Source: Candidatus Eiseniibacteriota bacterium
Lineage (GTDB): Bacteria; Eisenbacteria; RBG-16-71-46; JABDJR01
Length of the DNA: 64,000 nucleotides
NCBI GenBank assembly: GCA_963783375.1
Contig: CAWANH010000028.1
Location: forward strand, 256,001-320,000
Direction: 5' to 3'
Both the position numbers and the translations under genes were made by a program. The notes under the pieces were generated by a model. The model was not told where the DNA came from and ran no database searches. It saw nothing but the letters and a program-made list of their open reading frames with translations. The first letter of the stretch is position 1. Every line of letters starts with the position of its first letter. Positions 40,046 to 49,609 of this stretch are shown one piece after another.

Positions 40046-40855
40046 TCAGGCCCCCGCAGACCCCGCGGCCCGGGTGATGAGCAGCACCTCGTCCAGCACC
40101 GCGCCGTTGGTGCCCAACCCTTCGCCGCCGTGGATGGTGGGCTCCCCCTTCCAATCGGTGAAGGTGCCCCCCGCCTCTTCGAGCACCGGCTGGAGGGCGG
40201 CGGCGTCCCAGACGCTCATCTTCGGATCCACCATGACCTCGGCCCGGCCGGTGGCGACCAGGGCGTAGCCGTAGCAATCCCCCCAGCCCCGGGTGAGCCG
40301 GGCGGCGGCGATGAGCGCATCGAAGGCCCGTCGGCGGGGGCCGTCCCCGTAGGCGGTGATCGAGTTGGTGAGAAAGAGCCCTTCGGCAAGTGAGGGAACG
40401 GCGGATACCCGCGCCGGGCAGGGGTCCTCATTCCCCTGCACCCAGTGCGCGCCGAGGCCTCGGGCGGCGAACACGGTTTCGCGGAGGGCGGGGAGATGGA
40501 TGACTCCGACCACGCCGCGGCCCTCCCGCTCCACCGCAACCAGGGTGCCGTAGAGGGGGACCCCCTGAATGAAGCTCTTGGTGCCGTCGATCGGGTCGAG
40601 GATCCAGCGGTAGCCGGATCCGCCCGGAGTTTCGCCGAACTCCTCGCCCAGGATCGCGTCACGGGGGTAGGCGGCGGCGATCACCCGGCGGAGTTCCCGT
40701 TCCGCCGCACGATCGGCGGCGGTGACCGGGGTGAGGTCGGCCTTGCGGTCGACCTCGAGGTCGGCGCGACCGAAGTACTCCAGGGTGACGCGGCCGGCGG
40801 CCAGCGCGGCGTCGTAGGCCAGGAGCAATCGGTCCTTGAGCTCGCTCTTGGGCAT
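40046..40855 (-). CDS. hisN: Histidinol-phosphatase (inositol monophosphatase family)
   Basis: PVTAADR.AE, ILGEEFG, WILDPIDGTKSF, RGWGDCYGY.LVATG, WDAAAL. Confidence 0.85.
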   Translation of the reverse strand: MPKSELKDRLLLAYDAALAAGRVTLEYFGRADLEVDRKADLTPVTAADRAAERELRRVIAAAYPRDAILGEEFGETPGGSGYRWILDPIDGTKSFIQGVPLYGTLVAVEREGRGVVGVIHLPALRETVFAARGLGAHWVQGNEDPCPARVSAVPSLAEGLFLTNSITAYGDGPRRRAFDALIAAARLTRGWGDCYGYALVATGRAEVMVDPKMSVWDAAALQPVLEEAGGTFTDWKGEPTIHGGEGLGTNGAVLDEVLLITRAAGSAGA

Positions 40856-41149
40856 GGTCGGCCTCCGGCGGGGAGTGTAGCGCACGGTGGGGGTGGGGTG
40901 GGTGCGGGGGGTGGGCGGCGCTCGGCGGGGGCGGTGGCGGGTCGGGCCTGCTTGGGTGCGGCGCTCCCCGTGCGGCGACCCGCCGCCAAACCGGTCGTCG
41001 ACCCCGGTCCGCCTGAACGGCATGTTCGCACAAGAGTCCTTATTGCGAACGATGTTCCCCCGGGGACACACGAATACAACCGCACGGCTTGTAGGCGGCC
41101 TGGAGGGCAGCTCATTGCGCCGATCCGGGACCGCGGCGCCGCCCCCGGG

Positions 41150-41953
41150 TCACAGAAGCCGCAGGAGGAACCGGGCCTTCTCCATCCGGCTTTCCAGGAT
41201 CCCCACCCGCCGCCGGTAGGCCTTGCTCGGGCTCCCCGGGTGCCAGGCGGACGGTTTGGGGAGCCCCGCGGCCAGAGCCGCCGCCTCGGGAGGGGCGAGC
41301 TCGGCGGCGGTGAGACCAAAGTAGTGTTCGGCTGCCGCTTCCGCCCCGAAGATCCCCGGCCCGAACTCCACCACGTTCAGGTAGAGCTCCAGGATGCGCC
41401 GCTTCCCCAGGTCATGTTCGAGCTGGCGGGTGAGGAGGGCCTCCTTGAGCTTCCGGAGCGGATTCCTGGACGGCGAGAGCCAGAGGTTCTTGGCCAGCTG
41501 CTGGGTGACGGTCGACGCGCCGCGGGGGGCTTCCTTCTCCTCCCACGCCTCCTCCACCGCCTTCCGGATCTCCGCGGTATCGAAGCCGTGGTGGGAGAAG
41601 AAGCTGATGTCCTCGCCAACCAGGACCGCCTGCTTCAACGGCGGCGCGATCGCGTCGTAGCCCACCCAGCGGTGCTCCACCCGCGCGCCGGGATGTGCCC
41701 GACGGTAGCGCTCGATGAACGCGGTGGTGCGTGGGTCGTGGGCCTTCAGCGCCGCCACGTCGGGCCAGGTGGCCAGCTCGTAGCCCGCCGTCGCGGCGAG
41801 CGCGAGGATCGCGAGCCCCGCCGCGAAGAGGCACCCCCAGGCGAGCCGGCGGCGCCGATGCGGCGTGGCCGAGGCCTCGGACGGCGCGAGCACCGCGTCT
41901 TCACCGGGCGCCGCGCCCGGGGATTCCTCCGGCGGCCGCCCCTCCCCGGTCAT
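41150..41953 (-). CDS. mtgA: Monofunctional peptidoglycan transglycosylase
   Basis: ED..F..H.GFD, RGASTVTQQLAKNL, RKLKE, KRRILELYLNVVEFG; ATGA overlap with the kinase gene. Confidence 0.93.
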   Translation of the reverse strand: MTGEGRPPEESPGAAPGEDAVLAPSEASATPHRRRRLAWGCLFAAGLAILALAATAGYELATWPDVAALKAHDPRTTAFIERYRRAHPGARVEHRWVGYDAIAPPLKQAVLVGEDISFFSHHGFDTAEIRKAVEEAWEEKEAPRGASTVTQQLAKNLWLSPSRNPLRKLKEALLTRQLEHDLGKRRILELYLNVVEFGPGIFGAEAAAEHYFGLTAAELAPPEAAALAAGLPKPSAWHPGSPSKAYRRRVGILESRMEKARFLLRLL

Positions 41954-43335
41954 GCCGTCGGGAGGCGGATCTCGAACACCGTGCGCCCGGGGGCCGAGTC
42001 CACCCTGACCTCGCCGCCGTGGCGCTGGGTCACGATCCGCTGCACGATGTCGAGGCCGAGGCCCGTTCCCTCCCCCACGTCCTTGGTGGTGAAGAAGGGC
42101 TCCCAGATCCGTCCCTGCGCCTCGTCGGGAATGCCGGGTCCGTCGTCCTCGATCTCCACCCGCACCGCGCCCTCGCTGCGCATGGTGCGAACCTGGAGGC
42201 GCCCCCCCTTCCCCACCGCATCCACCGCGTTCTCCAACAGGTTCATCCACACCTGGTTCAGCTCGCCGGGATACGCGTTGACGGGGGCCACGCCGTCGGC
42301 ATAGCTCCGCGTCACCGTGATCCCCATCGCCCGGAACCGCGACGCCAGCACGGTGATGGTGGCGTCGATCCCGTCGTGGATGTCGGTGGGGCGCTTCTCC
42401 GGAGCCTCGTCCATGCGGGAGTAGGACTTGACCGCGGCCACCAGCTCGGAGATGTGCAACGCCGACGCCTCCGCCTCCTCGAGCATCCCGTGCACGGAGA
42501 GGTCGGCGGCGAGCCAGGCGAAGGCGACCCCGAGGTGATCGGGATCGATCCCTTCCAGGGCGCCCTCCGCCGTTTCCGGGCCCAGGCCGGCGGAGACGAA
42601 GGCTTCGGAGGCCACCCAGGGTTCGGGCACGCCGTGCCGGATCAGGACGGCGCCCCAGGCTTCCTCCTGCTCGCTCCGGGCCAGCGGGTCCAGGCCGGCC
42701 GCGGCGGTCCGGTCCACCCGGGCGCGAATTCCGGTCAGGATCCGCATCCGCTCCGGGTCCGTCCCCAGGGCGGCCAGGTCCAGGGTCAAGCCCTCCAGCT
42801 CTTCCATCCTCCGCCGGAGCTCCCCCACCGAGCGGCGGAGAGCGGCGGCCGGGTTGTTGAGCTCATGGGCCAACCCGGCGGAGAGCTTCCCCAGGGCCAT
42901 GAGTTTCTCGCGTTGCTGGTCGGAACGGGCGGTCTCGCGCACGCGGTCGGCAATGGCGGCCACCAGCCGCGGCTCCAGCTCCGGAATCAACCGGAGCATC
43001 TCCGGGAAATCGGTGACGGGGAGGAGAAGCACCCGGCTCGGCACCACCGCCCGACCGGTGACCGGGATCCGCTTCATGCGGGAGTGGGGGAGCATTCCCG
43101 TCAGCTCTCCCTGCTTCCGCACGTAGAGCCGGCCGTCGGAGGGGCCGCGTTCCACCCGGGCGTGCACCTCCCCCTCCAGAACCACGACCATCGTTTCGGG
43201 GAGGTCGCCCTCTCTGAACACGATCCCGCCGGTGTCGAGCGACATCTCCTGCGAGTGGTCCGCGATCCAGTCGAGCTGAGGCGGGGTCAATCCAGCGAAG
43301 ACCGGGATTCCCTCGATCTCTTCGCGGAGGGTCAT
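41950..43335 (-). CDS. Cytoplasmic histidine kinase with N-terminal cNMP-binding-like domain
   Basis: PVFAGLT..L, VFREGD; LAHELNNPAAA (H box), NQVWMNLLENA, DDGPGIP, PFFTTK.VGEGTGLGL. Confidence 0.9.
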   Translation of the reverse strand: MTLREEIEGIPVFAGLTPPQLDWIADHSQEMSLDTGGIVFREGDLPETMVVVLEGEVHARVERGPSDGRLYVRKQGELTGMLPHSRMKRIPVTGRAVVPSRVLLLPVTDFPEMLRLIPELEPRLVAAIADRVRETARSDQQREKLMALGKLSAGLAHELNNPAAALRRSVGELRRRMEELEGLTLDLAALGTDPERMRILTGIRARVDRTAAAGLDPLARSEQEEAWGAVLIRHGVPEPWVASEAFVSAGLGPETAEGALEGIDPDHLGVAFAWLAADLSVHGMLEEAEASALHISELVAAVKSYSRMDEAPEKRPTDIHDGIDATITVLASRFRAMGITVTRSYADGVAPVNAYPGELNQVWMNLLENAVDAVGKGGRLQVRTMRSEGAVRVEIEDDGPGIPDEAQGRIWEPFFTTKDVGEGTGLGLDIVQRIVTQRHGGEVRVDSAPGRTVFEIRLPTA

Positions 43336-44992
43336 AGCGTGCTCAGGTGGCGGTGGACGAAGCTCACCACGGTGGACCCTTCCCCCACGCCCGAGGCCAC
43401 CCGCTTCATGGAGCCCTTGCGGACGTCTCCGGCCGCGAACACCCCGGGTACGCTGGTCTCGAGCAGGAACGGGTCGCGGTCCAGAGGCCAGCCGCGCGGG
43501 CGGCCCCCCTCCGGCACCAGCTCGGGGCCGGTGAGGATGAACCCCGCGGGATCGCGCGCCACCGCGCCATCCAACCAGTCGGTACGGGGTACCGCGCCGA
43601 TGAAGATGAAGAGGCCGGCGGCGGGAACGGTTTCGACGCCGCCGGACTCCACGTCCTTGAGCTCCAGGGACGTGAGCGACCGATCCCCCGAGGCACCGGC
43701 GATCTCGGTTCGGGTGCGGACGCCAATGTTGGCGGTGGTCTCGATCCGGTCCACCAGGTAGCTGGACATCTTGGCCCGCAGGTCGTCGCCCCGGATGACC
43801 ACGGTGACCCGGGAAGCGAACTGCGCGAAGTGGAGCGCGGCCTGGCCGGCGGAGTTCCCCCCCCGACCACGTACACTTGCTGGTCGCCATAGGCGGCGGC
43901 CTCGGCCATGGAGGCTCCGTAGTACACACCCGCTCCCGAGAACTCCTCCAACCCGTGCGCCTCGAGCAGGCGGTAGGAGACTCCGGTGGCGATGAGGAGC
44001 GCGTGACAGGACACTTCGCTCCCGTTCCCCAGGCGAAGCCGCCGGTAGGGGCCGTCCATCACCAGCCGCGACACTTCCTGGGGGGCGAGGATCTCCGTCC
44101 CGAACCGGCGGGCCTGGGCGGTGGCGCGTCGGGCCAGGTCGGAGCCGCTCAAGCCGGCCGGAAAACCGAGGTAGTTCTCGATCCGGGAGCTTTGCCCCGC
44201 CTGCCCTCCCGGCGCCTCCTTCTCCACCAGCATCGTGCGAAGCCCCTCGCAGGACCCGTAAACCGCGGCGGCCAGTCCCGCCGGTCCGCCGCCCACGATG
44301 ATGAAGTCGTAGAAGGGGCGCTCGGCGCGCGTCTTCAAGCCCAGGCGCTCGGCGAGCACGGCGATGGTGGCCTCCTCCACCGCATCGCCGTCCGGGCACA
44401 GCGCGAGGGGGAGGCCGGCCCCGGTCAGCCCCAGCTCCTTCAGGAGGCGGCCGGCCAGCGGGTTGGCCTCGATGTCGAACCACTGGTAGGGGATGTTGTT
44501 CCGGGCCAGGAAGTCCTTCAGCCGATGCGTCTCCGGCGACCAGCGGTTCCCGATCAGCCGAACGCCGCCGAAGGTGGGGCGGAAGTCGGCCCTCCAGTCA
44601 TCCAGGAGATCGTCCAGGATCGGGTAGAGCCGCTCTTCCGGAGGGTTCCAGGGCTTCAATAGATAGAAATCGATCTGGGCCCGGTTGATGGCGCGGATCG
44701 CCGCCTCGGTATCGGCATAGGCGGTCAGGAGCACCCGCTTGGCCTCGGGAAAGAGATCGACCGCCTGCTCGAGAAACTCCACCCCGGTCATCTGCGGCAT
44801 GCGCTGATCCACCAGGAAGAGCGCCACCGGATCGTTCCGGCGCTTCAGGGTCTGGATCGCCTCCAGGCCCTGGGATCCGGATGCCGCTTCCACTACCCGG
44901 TAATGCTCGCCGTACCTGATACGCAGGTCGCGGGCCACGGCTTTCAGAACCTCGAGGTTGTCATCGATCGCGAGAAGAGCGGGCTTGGACAT
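43332..44992 (-). CDS. Receiver domain fused to thioredoxin-reductase-like flavoprotein; 1-nt frameshift at 43857-43864
   Basis: Receiver (IDD, DQRMP, LLTAYAD, KPW), glutaredoxin-like linker, GGGPAG, IENYLGFP. Adding one base in the C8 run restores VVGGGNSAGQ...GVFAAGDVR. Confidence 0.88.
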
Positions 44993-45021
44993 GTGGGGAC
45001 TCCGGGATGTGGGAAGCCAGG

Positions 45022-45049
45022 ATTATAGACCTCCGCTTCCGGGAAACAA
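45022..45049 (-). promoter_or_regulatory. Candidate sigma70 promoter (TTGTTT-16-TATAAT) for the receiver-TrxR operon
   Basis: Perfect TATAAT on the - strand, 30 bp upstream of ATG 44992. Confidence 0.5.
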
Positions 45050-45090
45050 TCCTGGAGTGCGCCGGGAATCCCGTCGCTGCCGGGCCCCGC

Positions 45091-46359
45091 TCAGACCTCG
45101 TCCCGCACCAGGGGGTGGCTCAGGCAGTGCGGCCCGCCCCGGGCGCGGGAGATCTCGTGGCTGGGGAGGAGGATGCACACGCGCTTCCCTTCGTCGAGGT
45201 CCACCTCCTCCCGGCCCAGGAGCAGATCCTCGGCGTCGATCACCCGGAAGCCCCGGCGTCCCAGTTCCTCGGCGGTCCCCTCGTTCCGGTCGTAGAGGGT
45301 GATCACCCCGGGGGCGACGGCGAGGGCGTTGGCCCCGTCGGTCCACTGTTCCCGTTGTTGGCGAACGGCATCACCGCCCCCGCAGGGGATCGGCTCCAGA
45401 TCGAGGCCCCGACGGGCGAGCGCGGCCAGGAGGTCCCCCGCGTCCACCGGGACCGGGTCCTCGGCGTGGAGATCGATCTCACCCACCGAGGCCGATTCGC
45501 GGCGGCCGGGGAGGAGCACCGGCGGGTAGATCAGCGCCGCGTCGCGGTCCACCGGGGTGATGAGGGTGTCGAGGTGCATGTAGGCCCGGCGCCGGGGGAT
45601 CTCGACCAGGAGCATCCAGCGGGGGCCGGTCTCGAGCTGGGCTAGGTTCCGGGCCAGAGCGGCGGTGGCGGTGGCGTTGGTGCGCTCGGAATGGCCGACC
45701 ACCACGACCTCCGGGGAGAGCACCAGGAAGTCGCCCCCCTCGAAGCACGGGCGGTGAACGTCGAGGAAGAGCGCATCCTCGGCGGAGAACTTGAGCGGAT
45801 CGTGGAGCACCGAGGCCGCGGCAAGATCGGGATGGAACCGGAAGATGGCCCGGGCCAGGAGCGCCTCGCGGTGGCGGGCCGGAGCGGCCATGGCCCCGAA
45901 GATGACCCCGTCCCCCAGGACGACCTGGGGATCGCGTTGGAAGCACCAGTTGGGAATGGGGGGAACCTCGAACAGGTCCTCCGCCTCCACCCCGGGGGTC
46001 GCGGTTCCGGACCGCACCCCCGCCACCAGCATCTCGGCCAGGTCCGTCCCCGCCGCCTCCTGCATGCGGCGCCGGAGGCCCGGGGAGAGATCCCGCAGCA
46101 ACACGTTCAGCACCCAGGCCCGGGCCACCGGATCGTCGAGAACCTCGGCCAGGGCGTCCTGGGCGTCCACCGTCTCCACCCCCAGGAGCTGGAGCACGCG
46201 ACGGAAGAGCGCATGCTCCTCGCGCGCGCGGTTCCCGAACAGGACGTCGTCGAAGAGAAGGTCGTCCATCATGGCCGGAACCATGTGGTCCACTTCAAGA
46301 CCGGGTTCGTGAAGGAGAACTTTCTTCAGGCGACCGATTTCCGAGGTGACGCGAACCAT
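45091..46359 (-). CDS. arcA: Arginine deiminase
   Basis: V.SEIGRLKKVLLHEPG.E, LLFDDV, FQRD, FEGGD, MHLDT, REQWTDGAN, RARGGPHC (catalytic Cys). Confidence 0.88.
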   Translation of the reverse strand: MVRVTSEIGRLKKVLLHEPGLEVDHMVPAMMDDLLFDDVLFGNRAREEHALFRRVLQLLGVETVDAQDALAEVLDDPVARAWVLNVLLRDLSPGLRRRMQEAAGTDLAEMLVAGVRSGTATPGVEAEDLFEVPPIPNWCFQRDPQVVLGDGVIFGAMAAPARHREALLARAIFRFHPDLAAASVLHDPLKFSAEDALFLDVHRPCFEGGDFLVLSPEVVVVGHSERTNATATAALARNLAQLETGPRWMLLVEIPRRRAYMHLDTLITPVDRDAALIYPPVLLPGRRESASVGEIDLHAEDPVPVDAGDLLAALARRGLDLEPIPCGGGDAVRQQREQWTDGANALAVAPGVITLYDRNEGTAEELGRRGFRVIDAEDLLLGREEVDLDEGKRVCILLPSHEISRARGGPHCLSHPLVRDEV

Positions 46360-46408
46360 GCTCTGCCTGTCGGTTGGGGGTGAACGGAAGCGACCGGCCG
46401 ACGGCGCC

Positions 46409-46738
46409 TCAGCGCTTCTTCTTGGCGTTGTTCGGCTGCTCGCGCACTTCGGCCATGAGCACCAGGAACTCATCGTAGGGAACGGCGGGCCAGCTCTCGG
46501 CGGTGAGGGCGCCCTCGGTCCGGGAGATGAGAGACACCTGATGCGCGGTCTCCACGTCGGGGGCATCGTAGATGTCCATGAAGTCGTAGGGGCCTAGCAG
46601 GGCGTAGTGGCCGTGCCACCTCACCTGGGGACAGACCTCCTTCACCTTCTTCATCCACTCCTTCCCGGTGCTCCGCCGCTTGGCGGCGTCATGCATGGAC
46701 TCGGGCGAGAGCTTGGTCATGAGCACGAACGTCGGCAT
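46409..46738 (-). CDS. GYD-domain protein
   Basis: MPTFVLMTKL..YALLGPYDF..I.DAPD.E.A..S; AAGGAGG RBS. Confidence 0.85.
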   Translation of the reverse strand: MPTFVLMTKLSPESMHDAAKRRSTGKEWMKKVKEVCPQVRWHGHYALLGPYDFMDIYDAPDVETAHQVSLISRTEGALTAESWPAVPYDEFLVLMAEVREQPNNAKKKR

Positions 46739-46883
46739 GGAAACCTCCTTCCAGATGGATCCAGACAGGTCCCGACGCTCTGATGGTACACCGGATGGGG
46801 CGGGCGCACCGGGGTCCGGACCATGAATCATGACCGATCAAGTAGCCGAAGCCGCCGGGGACGATCCACCGGGCCCGGTGCGG

Positions 46884-47495
46884 CTAGTCGATCTCGGGGG
46901 GGCGGGCGGCCGCGCGGGCGGCGGCCAGGGTGAGGTCCAGGTATCCGGCCGCCCAGACGAACGGCGTCTCCCCCGCCTTCTTCGCGGCCCGGGGAAGCCA
47001 GGATAGCAGATGCCGCTCCACGAACTCGTGCCGGGCCCGGAGAACCTGCTCCTGAACCCCTCCCTCGCTTTCCGAATCCATCCGGCAGAGATGCGCGGTG
47101 AACTCGAGTTGATGGCGCAGATGGTCGGCGGTTTCGTTGGCTTCGCCCCGGAGCCGGAGACCGAAGCTCTTGTGGAAGAGAACGTTCTCATGGAGAACCC
47201 GAGGAACGGGGTCGCGCTTGTTGTAATGGGATTCCAGGAGCGGGACCGGGGGATGGGGAGCGCCGGCGTCGAACGCGGCGATGTACTGGGCCTCGTACTC
47301 CCCGGGAGCGTCCGGCAGGGCCGGTCCACCGGGAAGCGAAGGGTTGGCCAGGGCGCCGGTCAACCGCCGCCAGAACTCAGCGGTCTCCGGCGCGGTGAGC
47401 CAGGCCCACTGTCCGGGCCCGGGAACCCGGTAGAGATCGTGGAGGAAGAGGAACGCCGCGGCGAGATCCCCGGCTTCCAGGACGGTTCGGATCAC
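46884..47495 (-). CDS. Type II DMSO-reductase-family maturation chaperone (delta; NarJ/EbdD/SerD-like)
   Basis: EYEAQYIAAFD.G..PVPL.ES.Y, F...FGL, ETADHL..QLEF...L, F..RHL.SW; GTG start overlaps the gamma stop. Confidence 0.85.
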   Translation of the reverse strand: MIRTVLEAGDLAAAFLFLHDLYRVPGPGQWAWLTAPETAEFWRRLTGALANPSLPGGPALPDAPGEYEAQYIAAFDAGAPHPPVPLLESHYNKRDPVPRVLHENVLFHKSFGLRLRGEANETADHLRHQLEFTAHLCRMDSESEGGVQEQVLRARHEFVERHLLSWLPRAAKKAGETPFVWAAGYLDLTLAAARAAARPPEID

Positions 47496-48226
47496 GGGGT
47501 CACCTCGTACCAGAGGCTGTAGAACTTGAGCCCCGAACGCTGGTCGCGGTCCCCGTCCCAGACCGCGAAGGCCACGGGGGTGCCGGGGGCCGGAACGGGG
47601 AGCTCGAACACGACTTCCCATCCTTCTCCGGTCCGCCTCATCGTCCCGGGAAAGGAAGCCCCGGTTCCCTCCACTGTTCCCCGCCCCGCCCCGCCAAGAA
47701 CCTCGAAGCCCCGGGCGCGGTTCCAGTAGTACAGGTCCACCGGGTTGTCCCGGTCTCCCATCATGACCGCCGGAAAGCTTCCCGTGGGGCCCTGGGACCG
47801 CGGCACCATGACGCAGGCCGCGTCGGCGAACCGCTCGATGTCCCGGGAGTGCTCCTTGTAGATGTGCGTTTCCCCGCCGTCGGGATACCGGGCGGGGGGG
47901 CGAGGATCGCTGTCGGTGGCGTCGGTCCAGCGGAGCCGGACGAAGAGCGAATCCCCGCTCTGGATCAGGGCGACCCCGGCGGTGGGACGGTACCCGTCGT
48001 CGGTCGGGTCGCCCTCGTAGATGGGTGGGGTCCGGTTCATGTGGATCGGGATCTCGCCGGCCCGCGCCCATTCCGGGCCCTCTCCGGCCCGAAGGACCGA
48101 GGGCGCGGCGGAAACCACCGCCACCGGGAGAGGGAGCCCTCCGTCTTTCCCCACCCCCGGCCCCGCGCCCGCGACGCCGGCGGCGATAACCAGGACTCCC
48201 ACGGTCAGGATGATCACGCGCTTCAT
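47492..48226 (-). CDS. Periplasmic heme-b subunit (gamma; EbdC/SerC-like)
   Basis: Signal peptide; L.W.D.T, F.DA, VMMGD (Met ligand), W.VVF, VAFAVWDG..QRSGLK (Lys ligand). Confidence 0.85.
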   Translation of the reverse strand: MKRVIILTVGVLVIAAGVAGAGPGVGKDGGLPLPVAVVSAAPSVLRAGEGPEWARAGEIPIHMNRTPPIYEGDPTDDGYRPTAGVALIQSGDSLFVRLRWTDATDSDPRPPARYPDGGETHIYKEHSRDIERFADAACVMVPRSQGPTGSFPAVMMGDRDNPVDLYYWNRARGFEVLGGAGRGTVEGTGASFPGTMRRTGEGWEVVFELPVPAPGTPVAFAVWDGDRDQRSGLKFYSLWYEVTP

Positions 48227-48239
48227 GGACGACCTCCGT

Positions 48240-49607
48240 TCAGCACCAGTCGTCGCCTCCATCGGAAGGAGCGGGAGGAGCGGCCGCCGTGCACTCGGGC
48301 GCCAGGGAACAGCTCGAGCAGGCTTCATCGGGCGGGGCGGGAACCGGGGGTGACGGGTTCCCCGCGCGACGCCGGCGCGACGCCCCCACACCGGTCGCGA
48401 GCCCGAATGCGGCCCGAACCGGGCCTGGAATGCCCCCCCGACCGCGCCGGTCGCGCTTTCCCCCGTCGCCACCGGGCGCCGGGCTCTCGCCCTCCGCATC
48501 GCGGAGCGCGGCATGTTCGCCTGCCGTCTTCGCGCCGGGGGTCCCCAATTCGGTGAGCCCCGGACCCGGCTCGTATCCTTCCACGCGTCTCTTCACGTCC
48601 TCGGGAGCGTCCTTCAGCACCTCGCGAGGGGCCACGCGGAAACGCACCGAGGCGTCGCGCCCGATCAGGAGCTGGAGCAACTCACTCTTCTCCCCGGACT
48701 GCGCCCGCTTCAGCTCCCCTTCCAGCCGGTGGATCACCGTCACCACCTCGGGGCCGAAGAGGTACTTCAGGTAGTCAAGAGGCAGCCGCGGATCCTCCAG
48801 AACGCTGTTACCCGCGTTCCCCGACTTGGGAGGATTGAACGGGGGCACGTAGTACACGTTGGGAGAGGTGCCCTTCTCGGGGAAGAGGCCGAGAGCCACC
48901 TTGTACTTGATCACCAGTTTGTGCACCGGGGACTCTGGGTCGTCGAGAAGGCCCAGGAAGCGGATCCGGCCCGGACACTGGGCGGCGCAGGCGTTCACCT
49001 GCCCCTTCTCCAGACGCGGGTAGCAGAAGATGCACTTCTCGCTCTTTCCCTTGACCTCGTTGAAATAGATCTTCTTGTAGGGACAGGCCTTCACGCAGTA
49101 GCGATAGCCGCGGCAGCGCTCCTGATCGATGAGAACGATCCCGTCCTCCTCGCGCTTGTAGATCGCCTTCCGCGGACAGGCCTCGAGGCACGCCGGGTGG
49201 GTGCAGTGGTTGCAGATCCGGGGAAGGTAGAAGAAGTAGGGGTTGGCGGTGTCCCATCCTCCGACGTCCTCGTCCCAGTTCGGCGTGTAGGTGGGCTCGA
49301 CGTTGGGCATCACCGGCTTCCGCTTCCCCTCGAAGAGCCGCTGAGCGTAGTCGTACTCGAAGGCCTCGCCGTAGTCCTCCTTGGAGGGGAGGGCCGATGG
49401 GCGAAGATGGCGTTGCTCGTCGAACCCGCCCCCCAGGGTGTGCCACCCCCGGGGATAGCCGGCGCCGGGATGGGTCTCCACGTTGTTCCAGTACATGTAG
49501 TCCATGCCGTCGCCGTCGGTCCATTGCTTCTTGCAGGCCAGGGTGCAGGTCTGACACCCGATGCACTTGTTCAGGTCCATGACCATGGCGTACTGATGCT
49601 TGGACAC
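48240..49607 (-). CDS. narH: NarH-like Fe-S beta subunit with about 120-aa C-terminal extension
   Basis: MDLNKCIGCQTCTLACK, WNNVET, NWDED, PRICNHCTHPACLEACP, CRGYRYCVKACPY, KCIFCYP, C...CPGR. Confidence 0.9.
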   Translation of the reverse strand: MSKHQYAMVMDLNKCIGCQTCTLACKKQWTDGDGMDYMYWNNVETHPGAGYPRGWHTLGGGFDEQRHLRPSALPSKEDYGEAFEYDYAQRLFEGKRKPVMPNVEPTYTPNWDEDVGGWDTANPYFFYLPRICNHCTHPACLEACPRKAIYKREEDGIVLIDQERCRGYRYCVKACPYKKIYFNEVKGKSEKCIFCYPRLEKGQVNACAAQCPGRIRFLGLLDDPESPVHKLVIKYKVALGLFPEKGTSPNVYYVPPFNPPKSGNAGNSVLEDPRLPLDYLKYLFGPEVVTVIHRLEGELKRAQSGEKSELLQLLIGRDASVRFRVAPREVLKDAPEDVKRRVEGYEPGPGLTELGTPGAKTAGEHAALRDAEGESPAPGGDGGKRDRRGRGGIPGPVRAAFGLATGVGASRRRRAGNPSPPVPAPPDEACSSCSLAPECTAAAPPAPSDGGDDWC

Positions 49608-49609
49608 GG

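Noticed and set aside
48240-48245. Cys-TGA at the beta C-terminus as a Cys-Sec motif
   Set aside because: Readthrough would run over the gamma RBS and gene, and no SECIS-like hairpin was recognised.
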